DNA of 64,000 bases from Clostridia bacterium (GTDB lineage: Bacteria; Bacillota; Clostridia; Oscillospirales; Acutalibacteraceae). Positions 51,735-59,766 of the stretch are shown in pieces. The notes below the pieces were generated by a model. That model was not told the DNA's origin. It did not search any database and saw nothing but the letters and a program-made list of their open reading frames with translations. Both the position numbers and the translations under genes were made by a program. The DNA is taken from positions 2,283 through 66,282 of the forward strand of contig JAFSGP010000012.1 in assembly GCA_017440755.1 (NCBI GenBank). Direction: 5' to 3'. How positions within the stretch are numbered: the stretch's first letter is position 1; every line of letters begins with the position of its first letter.

Positions 51735-52334
51735 ATGCGTACCGCTGCAAAGATAAGCTATATTTTCGGCTTGATTTTACTGATTATTGCTCTGCTGTTT
51801 CAGGCGTTTTCCCTGTTCGCCGTTTTGGTGATTGAGGGCAACCCCGCCGAGGTGTTTGACAGCCCGTGGCTGATACCCACGTGGGTGGTTTCCTTGGCGC
51901 TGCTGTTGGTGGCGACCATTCTCTGCAAGGCGCTGCAGGAGAAGCCCCGCGGGCTGCTGTTGCCGCTGTTGCTGGGCGGTGTGGGTACGGTGCTGTCCCT
52001 TATTGTGGCGCTGGCGCTGAAGGAGGGTCTGCCCCCCAGTATTAACCAGCTGGGCACGGAGCAGGGTCTCACCGCGTGGAAGCTTACCTACCGCCACCTG
52101 TCCTCGGTGTTTGCGGGGGCGTTGGTGGTGCTGTCCGCCGCCCTGCATATGGCGGCCTGTCGGGAGGACCGTCTGCGTCGGGAGAATGAGGCGTACAAAT
52201 CTGTTTACAATCTGGACGGTGCGCCGTTGTTTAAGGACGACAGCACCTTGGATTTGGAGCCTGTGGAAGAGATTGCCGTCAAGCCCGCCCGCAAAGTAAA
52301 GCGGAGCCTGCGACATAAGCAACAGAAACAGTAA
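51735..52334 (+). CDS. membrane protein, unknown function
   Basis: ATG follows the nudF stop (TGATATG). Four hydrophobic segments and a charged C-terminal tail. Confidence 0.5.
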   Translation: MRTAAKISYIFGLILLIIALLFQAFSLFAVLVIEGNPAEVFDSPWLIPTWVVSLALLLVATILCKALQEKPRGLLLPLLLGGVGTVLSLIVALALKEGLPPSINQLGTEQGLTAWKLTYRHLSSVFAGALVVLSAALHMAACREDRLRRENEAYKSVYNLDGAPLFKDDSTLDLEPVEEIAVKPARKVKRSLRHKQQKQ

Positions 52335-52335
52335 T

Positions 52336-52596
52336 TCATTCGGGGGAGAGCCATTCGTGGGCGACCAGCACCACCGCGGTACCGCCGCTCCACAACCATA
52401 TGAGAGGTGCGCCCCACGGTTGGGGACAGCAGACGAACAGTACCCCCAGCACAAACAAACAGCCGCCCCCTGTCAGGCACAGCCGAACCCGTCGACGACG
52501 GCGACCTGTCGAGTCGGATTGCAGACGGCACAGCCCGTACAGCAGCATGGCGGCGCCGAGGGCCATACCCCACAAGCCGTCGGTTATGTATTGCAT
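52336..52596 (-). CDS. possible small membrane protein (86 aa)
   Basis: Internal ATG of track ORF 52336..52896, MQYITDGLWGMALGAAMLLYGL... with three hydrophobic segments. No clear RBS. Confidence 0.3.
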   Translation of the reverse strand: MQYITDGLWGMALGAAMLLYGLCRLQSDSTGRRRRRVRLCLTGGGCLFVLGVLFVCCPQPWGAPLIWLWSGGTAVVLVAHEWLSPE

Positions 52597-52668
52597 ATAA
52601 CCACTTCCTATCCCTGTATATGTACGCGGCAGAGGGTAGGAATATGAGGGAAAACAAGGAGTTTTTGT

Positions 52669-54036
52669 ATGACAGATACCATTGTTGCTATATCCACCCC
52701 TGCGGCACCTGCCGGTCTGGGCGTGGTGCGTCTGTCGGGACCCGAGGCGGTGGTGGTGGCGGAGCGGGTGTTCCGTCCCTGCGATTCGGCCCGCGCCCTG
52801 TCCCGTCTGGCGGGTTATTCCGCCGCCTATGGGCACGTGGGTGACGGCGAGGGGGATATCGACGATTGCGTAGCCCTGTTGTTCCGCGCTCCCCACAGCT
52901 ATACGGGGGAGGACGTGGTGGAATTATCCTGTCACGGCGGACTATATCTGTTGCAGCGGGTGCTGCGCGCCTGTGTGGAGGCGGGTGCTCGCCCCGCCAC
53001 GGCGGGAGAGTTTACCCGCCGCGCCTTTGTGAATGGAAAGATGGACCTGACACAGGCGGAGAGCGTGATGGACCTCATCGCCGCCGACGGACGGCTGGCG
53101 GCAAAGACCGCCCTCGCCGCCCGCGAAGGTGCCACCTACCGCCGCTTGCAGCAGGTGAAGGAGAGCCTGTTGGCGGTGGCGGCACAGTTTGGCGCGTATA
53201 TCGACTATCCCGACGAGGATATCCCCGAATTGCAGCCCGCCGCATTAGAGCAGACGGTAACGGAGGCGGCAACCGCCGTCACCGCCCTGCTTGCCACCTT
53301 TGATGCGGGTCGCGTGCTGCGGGAGGGCATCGACACTGCCATCGTGGGTAGCCCCAACGTAGGAAAATCCACCCTGATGAACTGTCTGGCGGGCTGTGAG
53401 CGCAGCATCGTCACGGATATTGCGGGCACCACCCGCGACGTGGTGGAGGAAACGGTGCGTCTGGGCGATGTGCTGTTGCGGCTGGCGGATACCGCGGGTA
53501 TTCGGGACACCGCCGACGCGGTGGAGACCGTGGGCGTGGAGAAAGCCCGCCGCCGTCTGGAGCAGGCGGCGCTGGTGCTGGCGGTGTTTGACGGCTCCCG
53601 TCCTCTGAGCGACGAGGATAAGGCGCTGGTACAGCAGGTGGCAAGCACCACCGCTATCGCGATTATTAACAAGGCGGATAAGCCCCTGCAGATTGAAAAA
53701 GAGTGGCTGGAGAGCCACTTTGAGCGGGTGGTGACCCTGTCTGCAAAAGAGGAGGACGGCATCGACGCCCTCATTGCCGCGGTGGCGCAGGTCACGGGCG
53801 TGGAGGGATTAGATGCTGCCCAGCCGCTGCTCACCACCGAGCGGCAACGGCTGTGCGCGCAGCAGTGCCTTGCGTGCTTGGAAGAGGCGCAAACCGCCCT
53901 GCAGAGCGGTATGACCTTGGACGCGGTGTCGGTGAGTTTGGACGGTGCCATCGCCGCCCTGCTGGAATTGACGGGTGAGCGCACCACCGAGGCGGTGGTG
54001 GAGCAGGTCTTCGCCCGCTTCTGCGTAGGAAAATAA
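52669..54036 (+). CDS. mnmE: tRNA modification GTPase MnmE
   Basis: AAGGAG RBS. DTIVAISTP..., G-domain GSPNVGKSTL and C-terminal FCVGK. Confidence 0.95.
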   Translation: MTDTIVAISTPAAPAGLGVVRLSGPEAVVVAERVFRPCDSARALSRLAGYSAAYGHVGDGEGDIDDCVALLFRAPHSYTGEDVVELSCHGGLYLLQRVLRACVEAGARPATAGEFTRRAFVNGKMDLTQAESVMDLIAADGRLAAKTALAAREGATYRRLQQVKESLLAVAAQFGAYIDYPDEDIPELQPAALEQTVTEAATAVTALLATFDAGRVLREGIDTAIVGSPNVGKSTLMNCLAGCERSIVTDIAGTTRDVVEETVRLGDVLLRLADTAGIRDTADAVETVGVEKARRRLEQAALVLAVFDGSRPLSDEDKALVQQVASTTAIAIINKADKPLQIEKEWLESHFERVVTLSAKEEDGIDALIAAVAQVTGVEGLDAAQPLLTTERQRLCAQQCLACLEEAQTALQSGMTLDAVSVSLDGAIAALLELTGERTTEAVVEQVFARFCVGK

Positions 54037-54039
54037 CAC

Positions 54040-54099
54040 GGGCGATTCGTGAATCGCCTCTACAAGCCAAAACGGGACGTCGTGGGCGCCGTCCCCTAC
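54040..54099. repeat. two REP-like units
   Basis: GGGCGATTCGTGAATCGCC-TCTAC and GGGACGTCGTGGGCGCCGTCCC-CTAC. Confidence 0.55.
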
Positions 54100-54125
54100 A
54101 ATAGGTTCTTTAGCGTAACACCAAA

Positions 54126-54160
54126 AACGAAAGCCGTGGTCGGTTGACCACGGCTTTTTC
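54126..54160. terminator. bidirectional terminator
   Basis: AAAGCCGTGGTC-ggtt-GACCACGGCTTTTT. Confidence 0.7.
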
Positions 54161-54829
54161 TCATCGGATTTTGACGATTTGCCCGTCGTTTTTATGAATG
54201 CTTTGGGGCGGTACGTACCCCCGCACGCAGGATAGAGGATACACGCGGCTGCCTCGTCCTATGATGGTACCGGGGTTTAATACGCTGTTGCAGCCTACCT
54301 CCACGTGGTCGCCGACCATTGCCCCCAGCTTGCGGCGCTCTGTTGGCAGAACGGCGTCCCCCAGCCGCACCGCCACCGCCGTGCGGTCGCTTTTCACGTT
54401 GGAGGTCACCGCGCCCGCCCCCAAATGAGCTTTATACCCCAAAATGGAGTCCCCCACGTAGTTATAGTGGGGCACCTGCACCCCGTCGAACAGAATGGCA
54501 TTTTTCACCTCGGTGGAATTGCCGATGACCGCCCCTTTACCTACCAAGACGCCGCCGCGGATATAGGCGCCGTGGCGCACCTCGGTGTCTGCGCCGATGA
54601 TGCAGTTCTGCCCCAGATAGGCGGTGGGGGACACCCGTGCGGTGACGTGGACCCACACACCCGCCGCAGGGGAGCGGTATTCCTCGGCGGGCAGCTCCCG
54701 CACCAGAGAGACGATGAATCCCTCCAGCTCGTCCAATGCCTCCCAAGGATAGGTCACGCGGGACAGAAGGGGGGCGGCGGCGGTATGACACAGGCTGTAA
54801 AGGGCGCTGACGGTAAGCGGTTGTAACAT
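54161..54829 (-). CDS. hexapeptide-repeat (left-handed beta-helix) protein, GlmU C-terminal-like
   Basis: Repeated [LIV]-G-x4 hexapeptides (IIGADTEVRHGAYIRGGVLVGKGAVIGNSTEVKNAILFDGVQV). Confidence 0.7.
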   Translation of the reverse strand: MLQPLTVSALYSLCHTAAAPLLSRVTYPWEALDELEGFIVSLVRELPAEEYRSPAAGVWVHVTARVSPTAYLGQNCIIGADTEVRHGAYIRGGVLVGKGAVIGNSTEVKNAILFDGVQVPHYNYVGDSILGYKAHLGAGAVTSNVKSDRTAVAVRLGDAVLPTERRKLGAMVGDHVEVGCNSVLNPGTIIGRGSRVYPLSCVRGYVPPQSIHKNDGQIVKIR

Positions 54830-54899
54830 AAAAAGGACTCCTTTTTCTTTTATTATAGCTTATGGGCGGAGCTTGTCCACCAACCCACGGTTGCGCTTT

Positions 54900-55211
54900 T
54901 CACAGCAACCGCTCCCACAGCGTAGCGGCGGCAGACAGCTCCCGGCGGAGTAGACACACCGCCTCCCGCACCCCGACGGGCAGCAGGGCGAGGATTCCCT
55001 GCTGCAGGCGGAGGCTGGCGGCGGGCAAGGGACCCGCCGTCGATAGGGTGGGGACCCCCTCCTGCAGGGTAAACTGCAGGCTTGGATTAAACTGCCCGTG
55101 TAGGGCTTCTTGTATATTCCCTTCCACAAGCAGGAAAAGGGGTCCCAACGACAACAGCGTGCAGGTGAGCAAAAACACCCCGCAAAGGGCGCGTATGCGA
55201 ACCGATTTCAT
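54900..55211 (-). CDS. small secreted/membrane protein downstream of spoIIP, unknown function
   Basis: AGGAGGA RBS. Signal-like MKSVRIRALCGVFLLTCTLLSLG. Confidence 0.5.
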   Translation of the reverse strand: MKSVRIRALCGVFLLTCTLLSLGPLFLLVEGNIQEALHGQFNPSLQFTLQEGVPTLSTAGPLPAASLRLQQGILALLPVGVREAVCLLRRELSAAATLWERLL

Positions 55212-55219
55212 AAATCCTC

Positions 55220-56344
55220 CTATTTCAGTAGGGTAGCCAGCGTTTCCCCCAACAGCTGTCCCGCATACACCGCCTCCTCCACCGTGTTGCCCTCGCTGCC
55301 CACCTCCACCAGCACCCAGCCAGGGGACAGGTGTTGGTTGTAGCGGCTCGCCACCGTGTTAAGCGGGCGCATCAGATGGCGGCTGTGGCTCCCCAGAGCC
55401 TGTTGCAGGTGGGTAGCGAAGGTCAGGTTTTCCTGCCATTGGGGGTGGGGCAGCTCGGTGGTGCTCACCACCCCCGTGATGAGCATCATCTGTGCCGCTT
55501 TTTTGCCGTTTACCACCGCGGTGGGCTTCACGATGTCGGTATCTCCTTGCATCACCGCGTCCCGATGGACGTCCAGCACCACCCGTATGGTGGGGTATTT
55601 CTTGAGATAGTCCTCCGCAGTTTTGGCGGAGCGGGTGTATGCCCCCGAATAAACGGGGCTGTCGTGGACAGTGGTGTCGTGGATAGCGGTGACGCCGTGG
55701 GCTTTCAGCGCCAGCCGAATGGCTTCTCCCACCGCACAGACGTTGCGGCTGTGGTCCTCGGTGCGGTTGCGGTCTCCCGCATTATAGTATCCGCCGTCGT
55801 AGGTCATATAGCCTTCGGTGGTGTGGGTGTGCAGAATCAGCACCTGCGGCTCCGTCGTATCCGCAAAGGACAGGGTCAGCTCCCGCTTTAGTGCGGCGGC
55901 GATATCCACTGCCGTCCCGCTGCGATTGAGGGTGGCAATGCCATGTTCGGCGGTGTTACCTACGTCCATTATCTGCTCGATTACCTTACCACCGTCTCCT
56001 TTCTCCCCCGGGGGCGGGACGGCGGTTAGAGGCGGCGTCTCCAATGGGGGAGAGACGGTGGGAATATCCGGCAGAGTTTCCCCATTTTGGGGCAGAGAGG
56101 TGTTCCCCGCGTTGGCTTGGGGGCTCACCACCGTCTGCTGGGCGGATTGCTCCGCCCCCAACTGCTCGCACAGCAGGTCCGCCACCCCTACGGGCTGCTG
56201 CAGCCCTGCCGCCGCCACGGATAACACCCGCCCCAATCGACCCCAGTTGACGGGCATCGCCGTCGTTAGGGCAATGGCGGCGGAAAGGGCGGCTATACGG
56301 CAAAAAAGACGGCGAATGCGATTTCGCCTGCGTTGTTTTTTCAT
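55220..56344 (-). CDS. spoIIP: stage II sporulation protein P
   Basis: N-terminal anchor. QVLILHTHTTEGY and the amidase-like C-terminal domain are typical of SpoIIP. Confidence 0.8.
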   Translation of the reverse strand: MKKQRRRNRIRRLFCRIAALSAAIALTTAMPVNWGRLGRVLSVAAAGLQQPVGVADLLCEQLGAEQSAQQTVVSPQANAGNTSLPQNGETLPDIPTVSPPLETPPLTAVPPPGEKGDGGKVIEQIMDVGNTAEHGIATLNRSGTAVDIAAALKRELTLSFADTTEPQVLILHTHTTEGYMTYDGGYYNAGDRNRTEDHSRNVCAVGEAIRLALKAHGVTAIHDTTVHDSPVYSGAYTRSAKTAEDYLKKYPTIRVVLDVHRDAVMQGDTDIVKPTAVVNGKKAAQMMLITGVVSTTELPHPQWQENLTFATHLQQALGSHSRHLMRPLNTVASRYNQHLSPGWVLVEVGSEGNTVEEAVYAGQLLGETLATLLK

Positions 56345-56390
56345 ACACTATCACCGCTATATTGTATGAGGACAACCGCTTAAATATGCA

Positions 56391-56429
56391 AGAAAGCCTG
56401 TGCTTCTGCACAGGCTTTCTTTGTTTATT
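56391..56429. terminator. bidirectional terminator
   Basis: AGAAAGCCTGTGC-ttct-GCACAGGCTTTCT followed by TTGTTTATT. Confidence 0.65.
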
Positions 56430-57141
56430 CAGGGATATATAGGTCGTAGTCGCCGTTTGTCAGCACGTCTATCAGGTCTTCGCCCGTGCGTAACCGTCGT
56501 TCGGTGACGATGCCGTAGCGGTAGGTATCCGTGTGGTGTGCGTCGGTGCCCGCCACGGGGATAAGCCCCTCCGCCTCAGCATATTGTTCCGCCCGCCGAT
56601 TTTCCAGCGGCGAATTGCAGGCGTTGTAGGTCTCCATGCCGTCCAGATAGGCGGTAGGGAGTGGCTCCCAGGGGTTCGCAATGTAATCCCGCACACGGAA
56701 GGGGTGGGCCTGCATCACCAAGCCGCCCGCCTCGTGGGTCATATCGCACAGCGCTTTCAGGTAGGTTTCGCTGTGGGTGAAATTCCGCAATTCGGGATGG
56801 TCGTACAGCGTTTGGGGTGTGATGCCGTACAGCAGCACCTCCTTGCCTCCGACCCGTAGCACGTTCTTGCCGTCCCCCACCCACTCCTCGATGCCGAACA
56901 GCACGTCAAAGTCCAGACGGTCGCCGAGCTCCTTGGCGCGCAGCCAGTCCTCCTCGTAGGCGCGCACAAAGTCCGCCCAGGGTATCTGCCGCCGTATAGC
57001 GGTGTTGCCGTGGAAAAAATGGTTGGTTAGCACCATGCCGGCGAAGCCTTGCTGCTTGAGCAGTGGAATGAGCTTGTCCGCCTCGATTTCGGCGCAGGCG
57101 GAGCAGCCCGCGGTGTGCTGATGCATTTCGTACCGATACAT
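56425..57141 (-). CDS. PHP-domain metal-dependent phosphoesterase
   Basis: MYRYEMHQHTAGCSACA (HxH) and the later GTDAHH. Confidence 0.75.
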   Translation of the reverse strand: MYRYEMHQHTAGCSACAEIEADKLIPLLKQQGFAGMVLTNHFFHGNTAIRRQIPWADFVRAYEEDWLRAKELGDRLDFDVLFGIEEWVGDGKNVLRVGGKEVLLYGITPQTLYDHPELRNFTHSETYLKALCDMTHEAGGLVMQAHPFRVRDYIANPWEPLPTAYLDGMETYNACNSPLENRRAEQYAEAEGLIPVAGTDAHHTDTYRYGIVTERRLRTGEDLIDVLTNGDYDLYIPE

Positions 57142-57160
57142 TGCGCGCCTCCTTTCACAG

Positions 57161-57190
57161 AATAAGCAACCGCTCCTTGCGGAGCGGTCG
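57161..57190 (-). terminator. probable terminator
   Basis: CCGCTCC-gcaa-GGAGCGG followed by TTGCTTATT on the minus strand. Confidence 0.45.
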
Positions 57191-57201
57191 GCCGAGACGG
57201 A

Positions 57202-58062
57202 TTAGTAGGATTCGAACATATCCGCCAGCTTGCGGGCGGCCTGTGCCAGGTCGCACAGCCCCTGCTCCGCAAAGTCGGCGGGCTTGCCCCGCATATAGCT
57301 GTTGCACTCCAGCGTAAAGTCGCCGCTGTAGCCGATATTCTTCAGCGTGCGGACGATGGGCTCCCAAGGAATGCTCATGGAGAAGGGAATCTGGTGGCTG
57401 TCGTTCCAGCAGTCGGTGTCGTGGATATGCAGCGCCTGCAGACGATGGTCCAGCGCCTGAATCATCGCAATGGGGTCGGTGCCCATGCCCATCATCGACG
57501 CGTGTCCGATGTCCAGACATGCCACCACGTAGGGGTCGTTCACCAGGTCAATGGTCTGGCAGAAATGCTCGGGAATGGAGCAGGCGGACAGCGCCGCGTG
57601 CTTTTCCTTGCTGTTCCAGTTCCACATATTTTCTACGGCGATTTTCACGTCGTATTCCTTAGCGTAGGGCAGCACCTCGTTGTACAGCTCCGCATTCTGG
57701 GCGGGAGTGTTGCTGCCGATGGGGTGAATGATGCAGATTTTACCGCCCGCTTCGGCGGTCAGCTCGATTGCTCGCCCCAACAGACCGCGAATTTCGGGGA
57801 AATCCGCAGGGAAGGGCGCATGGGACTGGTTACAGGTGATACCGTTATCCAGACCGATTTGCTTCATACGGCGGGCCAGCGCCACCGCCTCTTTATAATC
57901 GCACAGAGGGTGTCCTGACAGAATCAGCTCCCGTCCGTTCCAGTCAGCCATCTTTGTCATGGAAAAATCCCAGCAGTCAAAGCCCGCTTTGGCGATGAGC
58001 TCGACGGCTTTTTCCTCGCCCACGAGGGCGGCGGGGGAGGCGGTTTCGGTGGAAATACGCAT
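57202..58062 (-). CDS. sugar phosphate isomerase/epimerase (xylose isomerase-like TIM barrel)
   Basis: GGAG RBS 8 nt before ATG 58062. FDCWDFS...CIIHPIG...LDIGHA pattern. Confidence 0.75.
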   Translation of the reverse strand: MRISTETASPAALVGEEKAVELIAKAGFDCWDFSMTKMADWNGRELILSGHPLCDYKEAVALARRMKQIGLDNGITCNQSHAPFPADFPEIRGLLGRAIELTAEAGGKICIIHPIGSNTPAQNAELYNEVLPYAKEYDVKIAVENMWNWNSKEKHAALSACSIPEHFCQTIDLVNDPYVVACLDIGHASMMGMGTDPIAMIQALDHRLQALHIHDTDCWNDSHQIPFSMSIPWEPIVRTLKNIGYSGDFTLECNSYMRGKPADFAEQGLCDLAQAARKLADMFESY

Positions 58063-58147
58063 TTCTATCACTCCTATCTAAGCTTACGGCAAGTATACAC
58101 CCATTTGCCAAAAAAGTAAACGGAATTTCTTCGTTATGTTGCCGAAA

Positions 58148-58741
58148 TTAGGGCAGCTTTTTTAGCCATTCTGTCCATTCCTGCGGTGTGACCGTGGCAT
58201 TGAGCACCTCCAGCAGGCGGTTGGCAGACAGGGTGGGCGGCAGCTCCAGTGCCGCCAGCAGCGCCTGCCGTTTTATGGCGCTGTTGACCCCGCCGGATAG
58301 TCCGACGGCAGCCAAATCCGCCTTAGTCAGGGACATCAGGCGGGCAGGCGGTGCGTCCGCCGCCTCAAAAGTGGCGCCTGCGCGGCGCAGCGCCTCCAGG
58401 ACGGTGGCATTGTCCATGCCCTCTACCCCCAGTAGCCCCTCTTTGGACGGGGCTGCTTTGCGCCGTTCCTTACCCGGGCGCGGGGGGACGTAGGCTATCT
58501 TCACCTGCTCGGCGGGAATGCAGCCCAACAGATGGTTGCGTATCACTCCGCCGGCGGAGTCGCTGTCGGTGAGCAAAATCAGCCCCCGCACCGCCGCCAG
58601 CCGCCGCAGCATACCTAAGCGCTCTTTATCCTTAAAGATACGAAAGCCGTCGGTGGGCACCACCATACCGTCCACGGCGGATTTAAGCCGTATCACGTCG
58701 TATTTTCCTTCGACGACAATAACCTCGCGTATCCGTTCCAC
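58148..58741 (-). CDS. rnmV: ribonuclease M5 (Toprim domain)
   Basis: VIVVEGKYDVIRLK...LILLTDSDSAGGVIRNHL. GTG start overlaps the end of holA. Confidence 0.8.
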   Translation of the reverse strand: MERIREVIVVEGKYDVIRLKSAVDGMVVPTDGFRIFKDKERLGMLRRLAAVRGLILLTDSDSAGGVIRNHLLGCIPAEQVKIAYVPPRPGKERRKAAPSKEGLLGVEGMDNATVLEALRRAGATFEAADAPPARLMSLTKADLAAVGLSGGVNSAIKRQALLAALELPPTLSANRLLEVLNATVTPQEWTEWLKKLP

Positions 58742-58743
58742 CG

Positions 58744-59766
58744 TTACCCCTCCTGCACCAGACGGATAAGCTTTACCACCGTCTGTTCCAGTAGTCCGCG
58801 GCCGTCTACCCCCGTTTGCTTGAGGGCGTTGTCGGCCTGCGCCAGCACCTCTAAGGAGCGGCGCAGGGTGTCAGTGGACAGGCGTGCGCCGTCCCGCGCC
58901 GCGTTGCGCAGCCGCCATTCCTTGCGGGCGTAGGTGGTCTTGAAATCCGCCGCCAGACTGTCTGCGGGCTGTCCCGCGGTCACCGCGGCCTTGGCGCGGT
59001 ACAGGTCCGCGTAGGCGGCGGATAGGGTGCCGAGAATAGGCAGCGGGTCCTCCCGCTGTATGGCAAACTGGTGCAGCAGGTTCAAGGCCTGCGGGGTGTC
59101 CCGACGGAGAATGGCCTTGGACAGGTCAAACACCTTCGCCTCTAAATTCTTGGTAGCGGCGCGGTCGATGGTTTCGCGGGTGATATCCCCCGCGCCGACC
59201 AGCGCGCACAGCTTATCCAGCTCCCGCAGCAGCAGATTCAGGTCGTTGCCCACCTGCTCCACCAGATACACCGCGTCTCGCTGGTCGATGGCGCAGCCAC
59301 GCCGTTTGGCGCCTGCCATCAGCAGCTTCGCCGCATCGGTGGTGCTTTTGCGGTCCAGCTTGGCAACGGTGCCAACCTCTTCTGCTTCCTCCAGAAAGGT
59401 TTTCCACGCTTTTTTGCTGCTCGGCTGCACCGTCATCTGGCGGAACACCAGCACACAGCTGTCGGGCAGGTTGCGAATGAGCCGCAGCAACCCCTCCGCG
59501 TCCCCCGCGGACGCGTCCATATCCCGCACCAGCACGCACTTTTTCTCCGTCAGCATGGGCAGTGCCTCCACCGCCTCCTCCAGTTGGGGCAGGGTGAGGC
59601 TTTGCCCGTCAAACTGCTGCAGGTCAAAGGCGTCCGCCGCTTCTCCTACGGTGTGCTTGACAATCAGCCGCGTGTATTGCTCCACCAAATAGGGCTCCTC
59701 CCCATACAGCACGTACAGGGGACAGGCGCCGCTCTTGATGCGCTCTTTTAATGTCGCTTCGGTCAT
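58744..59766 (-). CDS. holA: DNA polymerase III subunit delta
   Basis: ATGA overlap with the comEC stop. LYVLYGEEPYLVEQ N-terminus. Conserved comEC-holA synteny. Confidence 0.75.
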   Translation of the reverse strand: MTEATLKERIKSGACPLYVLYGEEPYLVEQYTRLIVKHTVGEAADAFDLQQFDGQSLTLPQLEEAVEALPMLTEKKCVLVRDMDASAGDAEGLLRLIRNLPDSCVLVFRQMTVQPSSKKAWKTFLEEAEEVGTVAKLDRKSTTDAAKLLMAGAKRRGCAIDQRDAVYLVEQVGNDLNLLLRELDKLCALVGAGDITRETIDRAATKNLEAKVFDLSKAILRRDTPQALNLLHQFAIQREDPLPILGTLSAAYADLYRAKAAVTAGQPADSLAADFKTTYARKEWRLRNAARDGARLSTDTLRRSLEVLAQADNALKQTGVDGRGLLEQTVVKLIRLVQEG

